A stretch of DNA of 50,071 bases from Patescibacteria group bacterium (GCA_035510535.1 DATKGY010000046.1:1-50071); one strand, 5' to 3'; numbered from the stretch's first letter, positions 1-8,640 are shown. Translations and numbers: made by a program. Notes: generated by a model not told the origin, from the letters alone.

Positions 1-140
1 AGGGAGTGTTAATCCTTCACTTGGATTTTTAGAGAAGATAGCCTTTATTATGGGTTATAAACTAACAGTTCATCTGCAGTAGAAGTTCAAATCCTACCAG
101 TCTTTTTAGGCACAATTTGAGGCTAAAATAACTTGCTCCC

Positions 141-247
141 CGAGCTTAGAATTATTATAACAGAAAAAGTCATAGAATCCTTCCAGAATATGAGCTACAT
201 TGGAGAATTAAGGCAAAGGTGGGAGGAAATTAAGAAATTACAATTGA
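141..247 (+). repeat. Copy A of a 107-bp imperfect direct repeat (looks like the 3' tail of a gene)
   Basis: Aligns without gaps to 2552-2658 (hand alignment, about 17 mismatches, roughly 84% identity). Reads as ...RIIITEKVIESFQNMSYIGELRQRWEEIKKLQ... with stop at 265-267. An in-frame stop sits at 124-126 and there is no ATG ahead of the conserved part. Confidence 0.85.
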
Positions 248-362
248 ATCCTGCGATTGCGACTTAAGTATTAATGGACAAAGTAGAATCTATCTTCTAA
301 ATTTTTATATTTGATTGTCGCTACCTCTTTTCAATTGGTCTTTTTCCATGCTAGACTAAGCT

Positions 363-1724
363 ATGAGTATGAATCCAGGTTCAGGTTTTGACATGCCTCG
401 TCCAAGCGAACAAGGAGAGACTTCTGGTATTAAGATTGCTTCTGCAACAGTTGCTTCTGAAAAGCACCCCGATAGAAACGAAGATGCATTCTTTCATTCT
501 CAGCGAGGAAAAACAGCTGTTGCGGGAGTCTTCGATGGAGTTGGTGGTCTTGCAGCTGGAGATGAAGCATCCAGAGCGGCAAGAGGACGTGTTCTCACGC
601 GACTTCAGGAAATGCCTGCTGACATCCGTGCGGACGAAGCTCAAACCATTGTGCAAGATGCTCTTTCGGAGGCTGATGCGGATGTGCTCTCCCTAGTTAG
701 AGAGAAAGGTAGTGAAATGGCAACTACAGCTTCTATACTTGTAATTTGTGATTCATCAACAGAAGCGAATAAACAAGTAGCAGTTATAGGAAATGTCGGA
801 GACAGTCGGGTCTATCGTTTAAGGGATGGGCTACTTGAGCAAATTACATTAGATGATAGTGCAATAAGAAATGTAGGAGATGAAACTCAGGCTAAAGCGT
901 TGCAAGATAGACTAAGTAGGGCTCAGGAACCAAGTGATCTAAGCGATGAAGATCTGTTTCATTTTAGAACAAGAAATGTTGTAGATCAGGCTTTAGGCGT
1001 ACAAAAAATAATTACACCGAGAATTCATCAGGTGGATGTTCATTCCTCAGACAGGTTTTTCCTCGCTTCAGATGGGATTACGGATAACCTGACGTTAGAC
1101 GAAATTCAAGCGATTTTGAGAGAGAATACTGATCCACAGCACGCAGTAAATTTGTTGAAAGAAAAATCTGTAACAAGAAGCAGGGAAAGAAGTTTTCGTT
1201 CAAAACCAGATGACATGACAGGAGTCGTAATAGATGTAGGTGAACAAGGGTCAAAAGGACATGAAACACCAGTACGGATTGCAAAACCAGTAGAAAAAAC
1301 ATCCCCTTGGAAACCAGTATTGCCTGGCGAAAAAGTTATGGTTAGGCGGTCAAGCGGAGAAATAGATGGAGATTGGGAAGTTGTTGGTTCCGGAATTAGT
1401 GGCAACACAGTTGTTACAAAAGAAGTTGACGGAAGAACTCTGACAAAGCAGATTGCAACAGGCGAGCTTGAAAGATTAAATGATTCAGGCGAATTGAAGG
1501 CTATTGTTAGTAGCGTGCAATCAGAACAAGAATTATTTGATGCTTTAATGGGGCTTGGTGGGTTGCAGGGATCACAAGGATTCCATAATAGTGCAGAGCT
1601 AATAGCTCAGGTGAAAAGTGTGATGACTGGAGAAGCTGGTTTGACTACTCTCACAAGGACGGGCGATTTAAGACAAAAAGTCGCAGACTTAATGATCATG
1701 CGTAGAATCAGAGGAGAGTTGTGA
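363..1724 (+). CDS. PP2C-family Ser/Thr protein phosphatase with a ~160-aa C-terminal extension of unknown function
   Basis: PP2C motifs occur in order: HPDRNEDAFF, AGVFDGVGG, GNVGDSRVYRL, LASDGITDNL, DDMTGVVI. Residues ~295-453 carry no motif I recognise. Confidence 0.8.
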   Translation: MSMNPGSGFDMPRPSEQGETSGIKIASATVASEKHPDRNEDAFFHSQRGKTAVAGVFDGVGGLAAGDEASRAARGRVLTRLQEMPADIRADEAQTIVQDALSEADADVLSLVREKGSEMATTASILVICDSSTEANKQVAVIGNVGDSRVYRLRDGLLEQITLDDSAIRNVGDETQAKALQDRLSRAQEPSDLSDEDLFHFRTRNVVDQALGVQKIITPRIHQVDVHSSDRFFLASDGITDNLTLDEIQAILRENTDPQHAVNLLKEKSVTRSRERSFRSKPDDMTGVVIDVGEQGSKGHETPVRIAKPVEKTSPWKPVLPGEKVMVRRSSGEIDGDWEVVGSGISGNTVVTKEVDGRTLTKQIATGELERLNDSGELKAIVSSVQSEQELFDALMGLGGLQGSQGFHNSAELIAQVKSVMTGEAGLTTLTRTGDLRQKVADLMIMRRIRGEL

Positions 1725-1789
1725 TAAAGATTAAAAATCAAATAAATCCGCAGAAAAAGCTCCGCAGGATAGTGGAATCAGAACCTGAT

Positions 1790-2446
1790 TCAAAATTTTA
1801 GCGTAGATAGAATCTGATTAAAAATACCATCACTGATTCCATAACATTTGGCGTTGTTAGCTAGGCTAATGATAAAATCTCCACTCTTAAGCAAATATTG
1901 ATTACCACTTCCACATCCTGCTCCGTGTGTCTCTGTTGTTACAATAAAAGTATTTGCACTTACTGACTGCGTTGATAAATAAGTTAGATTATTGTTTTTA
2001 TTATTAACGTAATCTGTAATACTAACAGTACTTGGATTAATGGAAATTGTAAAATACGGGTTTATATTTCCACCGCCTTCATACCCAACTTGTTTTGACA
2101 TATCTTCTACGAATAGCGTAGATGGAGGGAATTGTTTGGAGCGATTATCGACAGCATAGTTACTTGGATAAGTAAAACTAAATACAGGCGTTGTGTTTGT
2201 ATATGTTTTCCAGTTTGTGGTTGAACCGATTGTTGAAGATGGAGTTGGGGTTGGTGTTGGAGGCTTTTGAACTTCCGATACAACTGGCGTAGCTACGGTT
2301 ACTTTTTGTTGATATTGCATTCCTAAATAAAATCCTAAGAATGGAAGGATAATAAAAAGACTTAAAGCTAGAAGTTTTGAAAAGGCAGTTACTGTAAATA
2401 AATATCTATGAAGGGTTGGATTTGCTATCTTAATCTTTTCTTCCAT
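1790..2446 (-). CDS. Membrane-anchored secreted protein with a Pro/Thr linker, function unknown
   Basis: 218-aa ORF with an N-terminal hydrophobic helix (LLALSLFIILPFLGFYLGM), then PPTPTPTPSS and a Ser/Thr/Asn-rich domain. Confidence 0.6.
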   Translation of the reverse strand: MEEKIKIANPTLHRYLFTVTAFSKLLALSLFIILPFLGFYLGMQYQQKVTVATPVVSEVQKPPTPTPTPSSTIGSTTNWKTYTNTTPVFSFTYPSNYAVDNRSKQFPPSTLFVEDMSKQVGYEGGGNINPYFTISINPSTVSITDYVNNKNNNLTYLSTQSVSANTFIVTTETHGAGCGSGNQYLLKSGDFIISLANNAKCYGISDGIFNQILSTLKF

Positions 2447-2551
2447 AAATAAATCATCTCACAATTTAACAAGAAATCAAAGGTGAGGTTATAATAAGAG
2501 GCTCACCGATTGCCTAAGGCGTTATAAGTATAATAGTGAGACCATTTTCCG

Positions 2552-2658
2552 CGAGCCTAGAATTATTATAACTGCAAGAGTAATAGAATCCTTCCAGAAC
2601 TTAAGCTATATCGGGGAATTAAGACAAAGATGGGAGGAGATAAAGAAATTGCAATCGA
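2552..2658 (+). repeat. Copy B of the 107-bp imperfect direct repeat
   Basis: Offset is exactly 2411 bp from copy A. Reads ...RIIITARVIESFQNLSYIGELRQRWEEIKKLQ... with stop at 2682-2684 and an upstream in-frame stop at 2484-2486. Confidence 0.85.
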
Positions 2659-2707
2659 GAACGATACTGGCTGGCTCAATTTAATTTAATAGTGACGTAG
2701 AGCGAGT

Positions 2708-3181
2708 TTATTTTTTTTGTTCTGGCGACAGCGGAAATTTCTTAAAAATCGAGTTACTAACCATATCCAGCAACAGCTTTACGCTATCTCTCATACTATC
2801 AAGATTAGGTAGCTCCTTGAATCCTGTTTGTGGATATTCAAACTGCTTCGTTTTATAGTACTGATTTGCGGTAAATGTTCGCACCATACTGTCTACGTCC
2901 ATTAGCACTTCATTGCTATGCAGCTCTTTGATAAGTTTCTCAAGATCGTGTCCAATATCCAACAGTTGTTTGCGCGTGTAACCTTTTTCTCTCAAATAGG
3001 CCTTCATTGCTAACTCTATAGCGTGACAAAGTAAATAATATTTTACTTCATATCTACTTATGGGTTTTGGGTGCTTTTCGTGGAGATCTTCAAAAGACTT
3101 GAAGTAATCCCATGCATACATAATAAGACCACGGGAGGTCAATCTTGTCTCTAATTCTTCCTCAAGTTTTTTCTTATCCAT
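2708..3181 (-). CDS. Helical protein, weakly HEPN-like (tentative)
   Basis: 157-aa ORF. CHAIELAMKAYLREKGY and IGHDLEKLIKEL resemble HEPN helices. However R..H in RKQLLDIGH is spaced by 7 residues, not the canonical 4-6. It lies 6 nt downstream of the preceding gene on the same strand. Confidence 0.4.
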   Translation of the reverse strand: MDKKKLEEELETRLTSRGLIMYAWDYFKSFEDLHEKHPKPISRYEVKYYLLCHAIELAMKAYLREKGYTRKQLLDIGHDLEKLIKELHSNEVLMDVDSMVRTFTANQYYKTKQFEYPQTGFKELPNLDSMRDSVKLLLDMVSNSIFKKFPLSPEQKK

Positions 3182-3187
3182 AGTTGG

Positions 3188-3694
3188 TTATTCCCCGAGT
3201 TCTCCTCTTGTTCTGATTGGTTCACCTGTACTGATTACTTTAAACTTCTCATCTTTTAACTGTTCAGCGGGTAGAAATGTTTGCCAGCCTAAATCATACA
3301 TGGTCTTCATATTCCAAATGTGATGCTTTTTCTTGGTTATCAGATCAAGCAGGAATATTGCACCAGGCGCTTTCTCACTCTCAATTAGCTTATATGTTTT
3401 ACCATGCTTGTCTGGTGCGTATTTTTCTCTAAATTCCTTTATTGTTCTCCTCCTGTAGAGTTCTTCTCGAAAATAAGAGGTTCCAAAATATGCCGTAATC
3501 AATGCAGCTATACCAATGGCTACTTTATTGAAGTTATCTGAAAGCGCAGCAAGTCGATTAAGAGGAACAAAAAAGAAATGAGCAAGGATAAAAAGTAAAG
3601 AGATAAATATCAGTACCGTTATATCGTTAAACCATCGTTTCATAATCCCAACCATTATAGCACCCTGAAATCGTACGGGGAAAAACTTACACAT
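3188..3694 (-). CDS. Two-TM membrane protein with a soluble C-terminal domain, unknown function
   Basis: 168-aa ORF with hydrophobic segments ITVLIFISLLFILAHFFFV and VAIGIAALITAYFGTSYF. It begins 11 nt after the vsr stop on the same strand. The true start may be an internal Met (MKRWFND). Confidence 0.55.
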   Translation of the reverse strand: MCKFFPVRFQGAIMVGIMKRWFNDITVLIFISLLFILAHFFFVPLNRLAALSDNFNKVAIGIAALITAYFGTSYFREELYRRRTIKEFREKYAPDKHGKTYKLIESEKAPGAIFLLDLITKKKHHIWNMKTMYDLGWQTFLPAEQLKDEKFKVISTGEPIRTRGELGE

Positions 3695-3705
3695 ACAACG
3701 TCAAC

Positions 3706-4110
3706 CTAATTTTCTATGATTACATTTCTAATTTTCTCAGCACACTCATTGGGATTTTTAATAATTTCCGCTTTCCAAAACCTCAACACTTTCCAACCGT
3801 TTTTCTTAAGAGTTTTATTTACAAGACTATCTCTTTCAATGTTGGTTTTTATCTTGTTTTTCCAAAAGATTTTATATCCCTCTCCTTCTTTTTTGAAATT
3901 TTTACCGTGCCAAAAATCTCCATCGCAAAAAATAGCAACTTTCTTAGATGGAAAAATTATGTCTGGTTTTCCAAATAATTTATTTTTAACCCTAAACCTT
4001 AAACCTTTTTTAAACAAAGCTTTACGTAAAATAAGCTCAATATTAGTATTCTTATTCCTTACTTTCCGCATTATTTCACTGCGTTTTTTTACCGAAAATA
4101 TGTCCGACAT
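3706..4110 (-). CDS. vsr: Very short patch repair (T:G mismatch) endonuclease
   Basis: 134 aa. MSDIFSVKKRSEIMRKVRNKNTNIELILRKAL..KGLRFR ... PDIIFPSKKVAIFCDGDFWHG ... GWKVLRFW is the characteristic Vsr layout. It is divergent from the adjacent C5 methylase. Confidence 0.85.
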   Translation of the reverse strand: MSDIFSVKKRSEIMRKVRNKNTNIELILRKALFKKGLRFRVKNKLFGKPDIIFPSKKVAIFCDGDFWHGKNFKKEGEGYKIFWKNKIKTNIERDSLVNKTLKKNGWKVLRFWKAEIIKNPNECAEKIRNVIIEN

Positions 4111-4149
4111 TGTAATTGTCTTTCTTACCGGCTATTATATATAAAGTGT

Positions 4150-5166
4150 ATGAAGAACCTCAAGGCTGTTGATTTATTTGCTGGCATTGGAGGAGTAAGA
4201 CTGGGCCTTGAAAAAGCAGGTTTTGAGGTTAGTTATTCAAACGATTGCGACAGATTTTGTAAAATAACATTTGAAAATTATTTTAAAGAACCTCTTGATA
4301 CAAGGAAAATAGAAGATGTCCCATTTGATGAAATCCCCGATGATATAGACCTTTTAGCGGCGGGGTTTCCGTGCCAGCCCTTCTCTCTAGCAGGCTTAAA
4401 AAAGGGTTTTGACGATCCAAGAGGTTCATTATTTCAAAAAGTGGCTGAGATAATTGACAATAAACAACCTAGGGCTTTTCTATTAGAGAATGTGAAGCAT
4501 TTAAAAAGGCATGACGGAGGAAAAACTTTAGAGCATATTTTAAGTGTGTTAAGAAAAGAATTAAAGTATTACGTACCAGACCCCATGGTATTAAACAGTA
4601 AGGATTTTGGAGTACCTCAAAATAGAGAAAGAATTTACATTGTAGGATTCAGAGAGAAAACAGATTTTGAATATCCGAAGGGAAACGTCGAACAGCCTAA
4701 GCTTGCAAGTATTCTTGAAGAGGGCATTGACGATGAATTCTATTTTTTATCTCAAAAATATCTGGACTGTCTTATTAGGCATAAAAAGAGGCATAAAAAG
4801 AGGGGGAATGGATTCGGCCTAGAAATTCTTGACCCAGAGGGAATATCAAATACCTTAGTCGTTGGGAATATGGGAAGAGAAAGAAACTTAATTAAGGATA
4901 TTTCTTCTAAAATAGCCTTTTCAAAGAATAATGCTGGGGTAAGAAAATTGACTATTCGTGAATGTACAAGGCTACAAGGCTTGCCCAAGGATTTTGAATT
5001 CCCTGTTTCTCGTACTCAAGCTTATAAGCAACTAGGGAATTCCGTATCCGTACCCGTAATTAAAGCTATCGGAAAACAAATTTTAAAAGCCTTAACAAAG
5101 GAGAAAAATATTAAAGTTGGAAGCGAAATAATGATGGATGTAGCTAGAATTCCCTTAGTCTCCTAA
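4150..5166 (+). CDS. dcm: DNA (cytosine-5)-methyltransferase
   Basis: C5-MTase motifs occur in order: I DLFAGIGG, IV GFPCQPFS, VI LLENV, VIII QNRERIYIVG, IX RKLTIRECTRLQGLP, X GNSVSVPV. Confidence 0.95.
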   Translation: MKNLKAVDLFAGIGGVRLGLEKAGFEVSYSNDCDRFCKITFENYFKEPLDTRKIEDVPFDEIPDDIDLLAAGFPCQPFSLAGLKKGFDDPRGSLFQKVAEIIDNKQPRAFLLENVKHLKRHDGGKTLEHILSVLRKELKYYVPDPMVLNSKDFGVPQNRERIYIVGFREKTDFEYPKGNVEQPKLASILEEGIDDEFYFLSQKYLDCLIRHKKRHKKRGNGFGLEILDPEGISNTLVVGNMGRERNLIKDISSKIAFSKNNAGVRKLTIRECTRLQGLPKDFEFPVSRTQAYKQLGNSVSVPVIKAIGKQILKALTKEKNIKVGSEIMMDVARIPLVS

Positions 5167-5910
5167 GTACGCCGCAATTTCTTTATCGAATGATTTGAAT
5201 ATCTCCTTTATTTGATCTTTAGACAGAGACGTAAACAACTTATAGCCTCCTATTGCATTCACTCTTCTCATTAACAACCTTACCTTGCCTTCTTTTTTAG
5301 CTGAGAACAGATCTGGATTTTCTAAAATATACTCAAGGATAGCGTGCGTAAATTCGGCATTTCTTCCTTGAACTCCCGCAATTATAGTTCTATAAAAATC
5401 CAACATCGAAAATAGTTGTTCAGTTAGTTCATATGGATTTTCGCGGTTCTTATCGTAAGTTAAATAGCAACCCCACCATAAAGAAGAGATGGCATTTCTA
5501 GCCAAGTCTGGTGCCCCAACATTCTTCACAAACCAATGCTCTAATATATACGAACTTTTATCAATATTGGGCTTGAGTTGTTCAATCGGCCATCTTGTTC
5601 TTGTGTATTTCCAAAATGTACCATGTGTTAAATAAGTCCACAAGCCTGGATCGGATGCTTTTATAAGAGGAAGGTCTTTATATATTTCAAAAATGATTTT
5701 TGCGTTTTCAAGATTATGTTTATTTTCTCCCTGAGGTAAAATCAACATAATTTCATCTGGAATAGTGAGGCGTGCGTCAATAAGGCAATTTTCATCTTCA
5801 ATAGGAAAATGATCTTTTTCATAGAGTTCAAGAATTTCAGGCTCTCCCTTTATTATTCTTTCCTCCAGTGACTTTATGTAGTTATTTTTAAATACTTTTT
5901 GAAATGCCAT
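5155..5910 (-). CDS. Unknown protein, last gene of the GHKL-ATPase operon
   Basis: The track ORF runs 5155-5967. I prefer the ATG at 5908-5910 (MAFQKVF...) because GGAGG lies 8 nt upstream and it begins 1 nt after the stop (5912-5914) of the preceding gene. That gives 251 aa with no catalytic motif I recognise. Its 3' end overlaps the dcm 3' end by 12 nt (convergent). Confidence 0.7.
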   Translation of the reverse strand: MAFQKVFKNNYIKSLEERIIKGEPEILELYEKDHFPIEDENCLIDARLTIPDEIMLILPQGENKHNLENAKIIFEIYKDLPLIKASDPGLWTYLTHGTFWKYTRTRWPIEQLKPNIDKSSYILEHWFVKNVGAPDLARNAISSLWWGCYLTYDKNRENPYELTEQLFSMLDFYRTIIAGVQGRNAEFTHAILEYILENPDLFSAKKEGKVRLLMRRVNAIGGYKLFTSLSKDQIKEIFKSFDKEIAAYLGD

Positions 5911-5911
5911 A

Positions 5912-6778
5912 TTATTCGCCTCCAGTTTCCGTTGAAAGACCCTCCACAGCGGAGAACATTCTTTCAAACGGAATTCCGAGCAACTTTTGTGCTATCTCAG
6001 GTATATTTCTTGAATCCCAAATTGCTTTAATTTCATTATCATTCACCCTTCTCGAATCCAAAACTCTGAACCATTTCCATTCTTTGTAATCGTCTTGTCT
6101 TTCTGACATCATCTCTGTTAGTGCGAATATCAGGCAAGGTAAAACTATAGAGCAATGATAAATTGCCGTAAAGTTTTCATTTTCCTCTTTATAATTATCA
6201 TAGTTTTGATAGTCCTTTTTAGATAGAGATATGAAGATAATGTTACCATTCAAATCGAATAGTGCTGGTCCATCTTCTCTTTCCTCGTCTTTTCTAATTT
6301 TTATTATGTTAAAAATTCTTCTTAAATCTTCCCACAGGAGCTCTGCGTTAAAACTTATACTACCTGCGAATGCAAGCACATCGCCTTCACTTAAATCGAA
6401 TCCAGCGTTTTCATAATCTTCATTTGCATCCTGATTCTTATAATCAGCAATTTTAGTATTGGCAGTAATATAGAAAGATACGACCACTTTATCTCTTAAC
6501 TTATTTTTTTCTATTCCTATTTGATGTTTCTGGTCGAAGAATATAAAAGATTTTCTATAGAAAGTTGAAGGACATTCAACCTCCATGTTAAAAACAGCTT
6601 CTTTTTTTGAAATAAGCTCTTCTAAAGTTTTATTTTTTAGCAAAAACTCGACAGATAATTTAGTATCTTTTTCATCCTGCTCAATTATAAATCCATCCTC
6701 TTTAACCAAAAATTCTCCGGCAACATCGTCTCCCCTTCCCAAAACTGGATGTGGTAATAATAAACTATTAATTTTCAT
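5912..6778 (-). CDS. Unknown protein, middle gene of the GHKL-ATPase operon
   Basis: 288-aa ORF whose start overlaps the upstream ATPase gene by 11 nt. It is acidic and Lys-rich. I could find no Walker, PD-(D/E)xK, HNH or other recognisable motif. Confidence 0.7.
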   Translation of the reverse strand: MKINSLLLPHPVLGRGDDVAGEFLVKEDGFIIEQDEKDTKLSVEFLLKNKTLEELISKKEAVFNMEVECPSTFYRKSFIFFDQKHQIGIEKNKLRDKVVVSFYITANTKIADYKNQDANEDYENAGFDLSEGDVLAFAGSISFNAELLWEDLRRIFNIIKIRKDEEREDGPALFDLNGNIIFISLSKKDYQNYDNYKEENENFTAIYHCSIVLPCLIFALTEMMSERQDDYKEWKWFRVLDSRRVNDNEIKAIWDSRNIPEIAQKLLGIPFERMFSAVEGLSTETGGE

Positions 6779-8612
6779 AAGCTCTTAGATTCAATGAATA
6801 TTTCCCTGGTATTTTAAAGAAAAGTTTTACTTTCATTTGTTTTGACTCAGGAATAACCAGATTTTTAATAAGGTTACCCTCAACTTGATATTTGTTTCCG
6901 TTTTCGGCTATAGCTTCTTTTAAATCAATAGTGTCAAAAGAATCTTCTGTTCCTACCCTCACTTCTACATTAAAAGAATTCCCAGCATCTCCACTAATAA
7001 AAACAATGTGCTCCGTATTGTTATCTTTTTTAACCGCATAAGATCTTTTGAAGCGTATATTCTTGTTGATTTTAATCAATTTTGTTCCTTCGTCTTCTGG
7101 ATGACCTGTCCCTGTCCCTTCTCCTTGTCCGCCTCCATGACCTCCACCCTCGCCCTCTCCTTCAGGCTCTCCCGGGACTACGGTAGGAATTTTAACTTGA
7201 ATATTAATAACTGGAGGCTTTCCGATAAGATTATCACCTCTTAGTAATGACCCTGTTTCCTCTCTAACTATTTGTCCTTCTATACTTTCGGGGCTTCCTT
7301 CGTCATTCATTTCATTGTCTTCCGCAGGGGAATAGAAATATTTATCCAAGTCTTTAATCGTAGATTCGATTGAATCTACCGAAGCGGTAATTTCGTTCAG
7401 TTTTGATTCTACAAACTCCTTCAATTCTTTTTCCGCTTCCGAATATATTTTTTTCTCTTCTGGGTCGCTTGTCATTGGAACATCTTTACTCCATCTGCTG
7501 TGAGTAGGATCTTCCATTTTACGTAAAACCTCATTCTCGTCAGGACAAACAAATACTCCTGCGAACCCCTTTCCCGAGTTGAGAGGTTTGTTTTGAATAA
7601 CCATTCCTGTATTGCGGAAATATTCGATTCTTCTTGGAAAATCTTTTTGTAATAAGATACGTAATTCAACTGGTCCAATGGTTTTTAAATGACCTGAAAT
7701 TACAGTGCCTTCCTTATAGGCTCTGTAAAAGGGAATAGGATTGTCTTTGTCAGCAGTCCTATCTTCCGAAAAATACTCAAAAATCTTAGCTTCAACATTA
7801 GAATCATCTATGCAGAGTTCTCCTATTTTAACTTCCAATAATCCTTTAAGGATTGCTAACCAAAAATATCTTAGAACAGATTCTACCATCTTTTTCTGCC
7901 ACTGATAATTCTCCTCAAACCCAATAATAAATATGCTTGTGCCTTTTTCATCTCTCTTAAAAACTTCTGGAATGTCTTCATCTTTCCTTATTGCGGGATA
8001 TGTGAAAAGACCTATGCCATGCTTCATTTGATCTTCTTGTAAATGACTTACCAGCCTGAATTTTCCTTGAAAAACAGGCTGATTATTTCCCCAAATACTC
8101 GAAACAAATATTGTTCTAAAGAGGGAGGGTCTAAAATAAGCTCCCTTTCCCAATCCGTATGTCCCTCCCATACCTCTGGCTTTGTTGGAAGAACCCGAAA
8201 TCCTCATTAACTTGTAATAAGCACCATTTCTGTCTTCCTCATCTCCATATAAACCTGTCGTGTTGTAATCACTTATTTTCATTACATTTATTGACTTATT
8301 ATCATTCACATATTCGTAGGCCTTCTTAAAGAAATCTTTGCCTTCGCTATTGTCTTCTTTTTCATGTCTCCAACAAGCTTCAAAAATATCCTTAAGTTTA
8401 TTCGAATCAGGGAGCGATTGAGGAGCCATCTTGAACATTTCAAACTCGGCTTTTGCCGGTCCTTCTGCCTCTGGGTCTTTTGCATCTACAATATTTTGAA
8501 TTGCTTCTCGCGTAAGGTTATAGAGAACGTCACCGGTAAAATTATAGATAAGGGGATCATGGAACCCCGTCTCCTCAGCAACGTTTAAAGGAGGAAAGCA
8601 ATAAGTATTCAT
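6768..8612 (-). CDS. GHKL (Bergerat-fold, MORC/MutL/Hsp90-like) ATPase-domain protein with a Gly/Glu linker and beta-rich C-terminal domain
   Basis: 614 aa. N-box ExxxNxxDA appears as REAIQNIVDA, a G1-like ISDYNTTGL, and G2 GxxGxG as GGTYGLGKGA. A low-complexity stretch GEPEGEGEGGGHGGGQGEGTGTG is followed by ~100 aa of alternating-pattern sequence. Confidence 0.7.
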   Translation of the reverse strand: MNTYCFPPLNVAEETGFHDPLIYNFTGDVLYNLTREAIQNIVDAKDPEAEGPAKAEFEMFKMAPQSLPDSNKLKDIFEACWRHEKEDNSEGKDFFKKAYEYVNDNKSINVMKISDYNTTGLYGDEEDRNGAYYKLMRISGSSNKARGMGGTYGLGKGAYFRPSLFRTIFVSSIWGNNQPVFQGKFRLVSHLQEDQMKHGIGLFTYPAIRKDEDIPEVFKRDEKGTSIFIIGFEENYQWQKKMVESVLRYFWLAILKGLLEVKIGELCIDDSNVEAKIFEYFSEDRTADKDNPIPFYRAYKEGTVISGHLKTIGPVELRILLQKDFPRRIEYFRNTGMVIQNKPLNSGKGFAGVFVCPDENEVLRKMEDPTHSRWSKDVPMTSDPEEKKIYSEAEKELKEFVESKLNEITASVDSIESTIKDLDKYFYSPAEDNEMNDEGSPESIEGQIVREETGSLLRGDNLIGKPPVINIQVKIPTVVPGEPEGEGEGGGHGGGQGEGTGTGHPEDEGTKLIKINKNIRFKRSYAVKKDNNTEHIVFISGDAGNSFNVEVRVGTEDSFDTIDLKEAIAENGNKYQVEGNLIKNLVIPESKQMKVKLFFKIPGKYSLNLRAYEN

Positions 8613-8640
8613 ATCAATTTCAATATTTAGTTAGTTACCC

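Noticed and set aside
70-110. GTTCAAATCC (85-94) followed by CTACCAGTC and a T-run looked like the T-loop and acceptor end of a tRNA or tmRNA.
   Set aside because: The 5 nt on either side of TTCAAAT (AGAAG / CCTAC) do not pair. No matching 5' acceptor strand or D/anticodon arms can be drawn upstream.
350-361. GCTAGACTAAGC weakly resembles the tRNA-Asn 3' segment GCTAGGACTCGAAC and could have been a left att remnant.
   Set aside because: Only about 8 scattered matches with an indel. Serine integrases do not leave long direct repeats. The resemblance is too weak to distinguish from chance.
381-696. ORFs 381-656(-) and 388-696(+) overlap the PP2C gene.
   Set aside because: They lie wholly inside a gene with clear PP2C motifs. 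Their translations are low-complexity (Leu/Ser/Cys-rich) with no motifs.
1773-1789. GAATCAG-AAC-CTGATTC hairpin between the convergent PP2C and membrane-protein genes, considered as a bidirectional terminator.
   Set aside because: It has only a 7-bp AT-rich stem with a 3-nt loop and no flanking U-tracts of useful length. That is too weak to call.
3716-4144. A 142-aa plus-strand ORF antisense to vsr.
   Set aside because: It mirrors a confidently identified Vsr gene. Its Phe/Leu/Ile-rich translation is typical of the reverse frame of a Lys/Asn-rich AT-rich gene.
5911-5967. A 19-codon N-terminal extension of the 270-aa track ORF (MKECSPLWRVF...).
   Set aside because: It would overlap the upstream gene by 56 nt. 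The internal ATG at 5910 has GGAGG at ideal spacing and starts 1 nt after the upstream stop.
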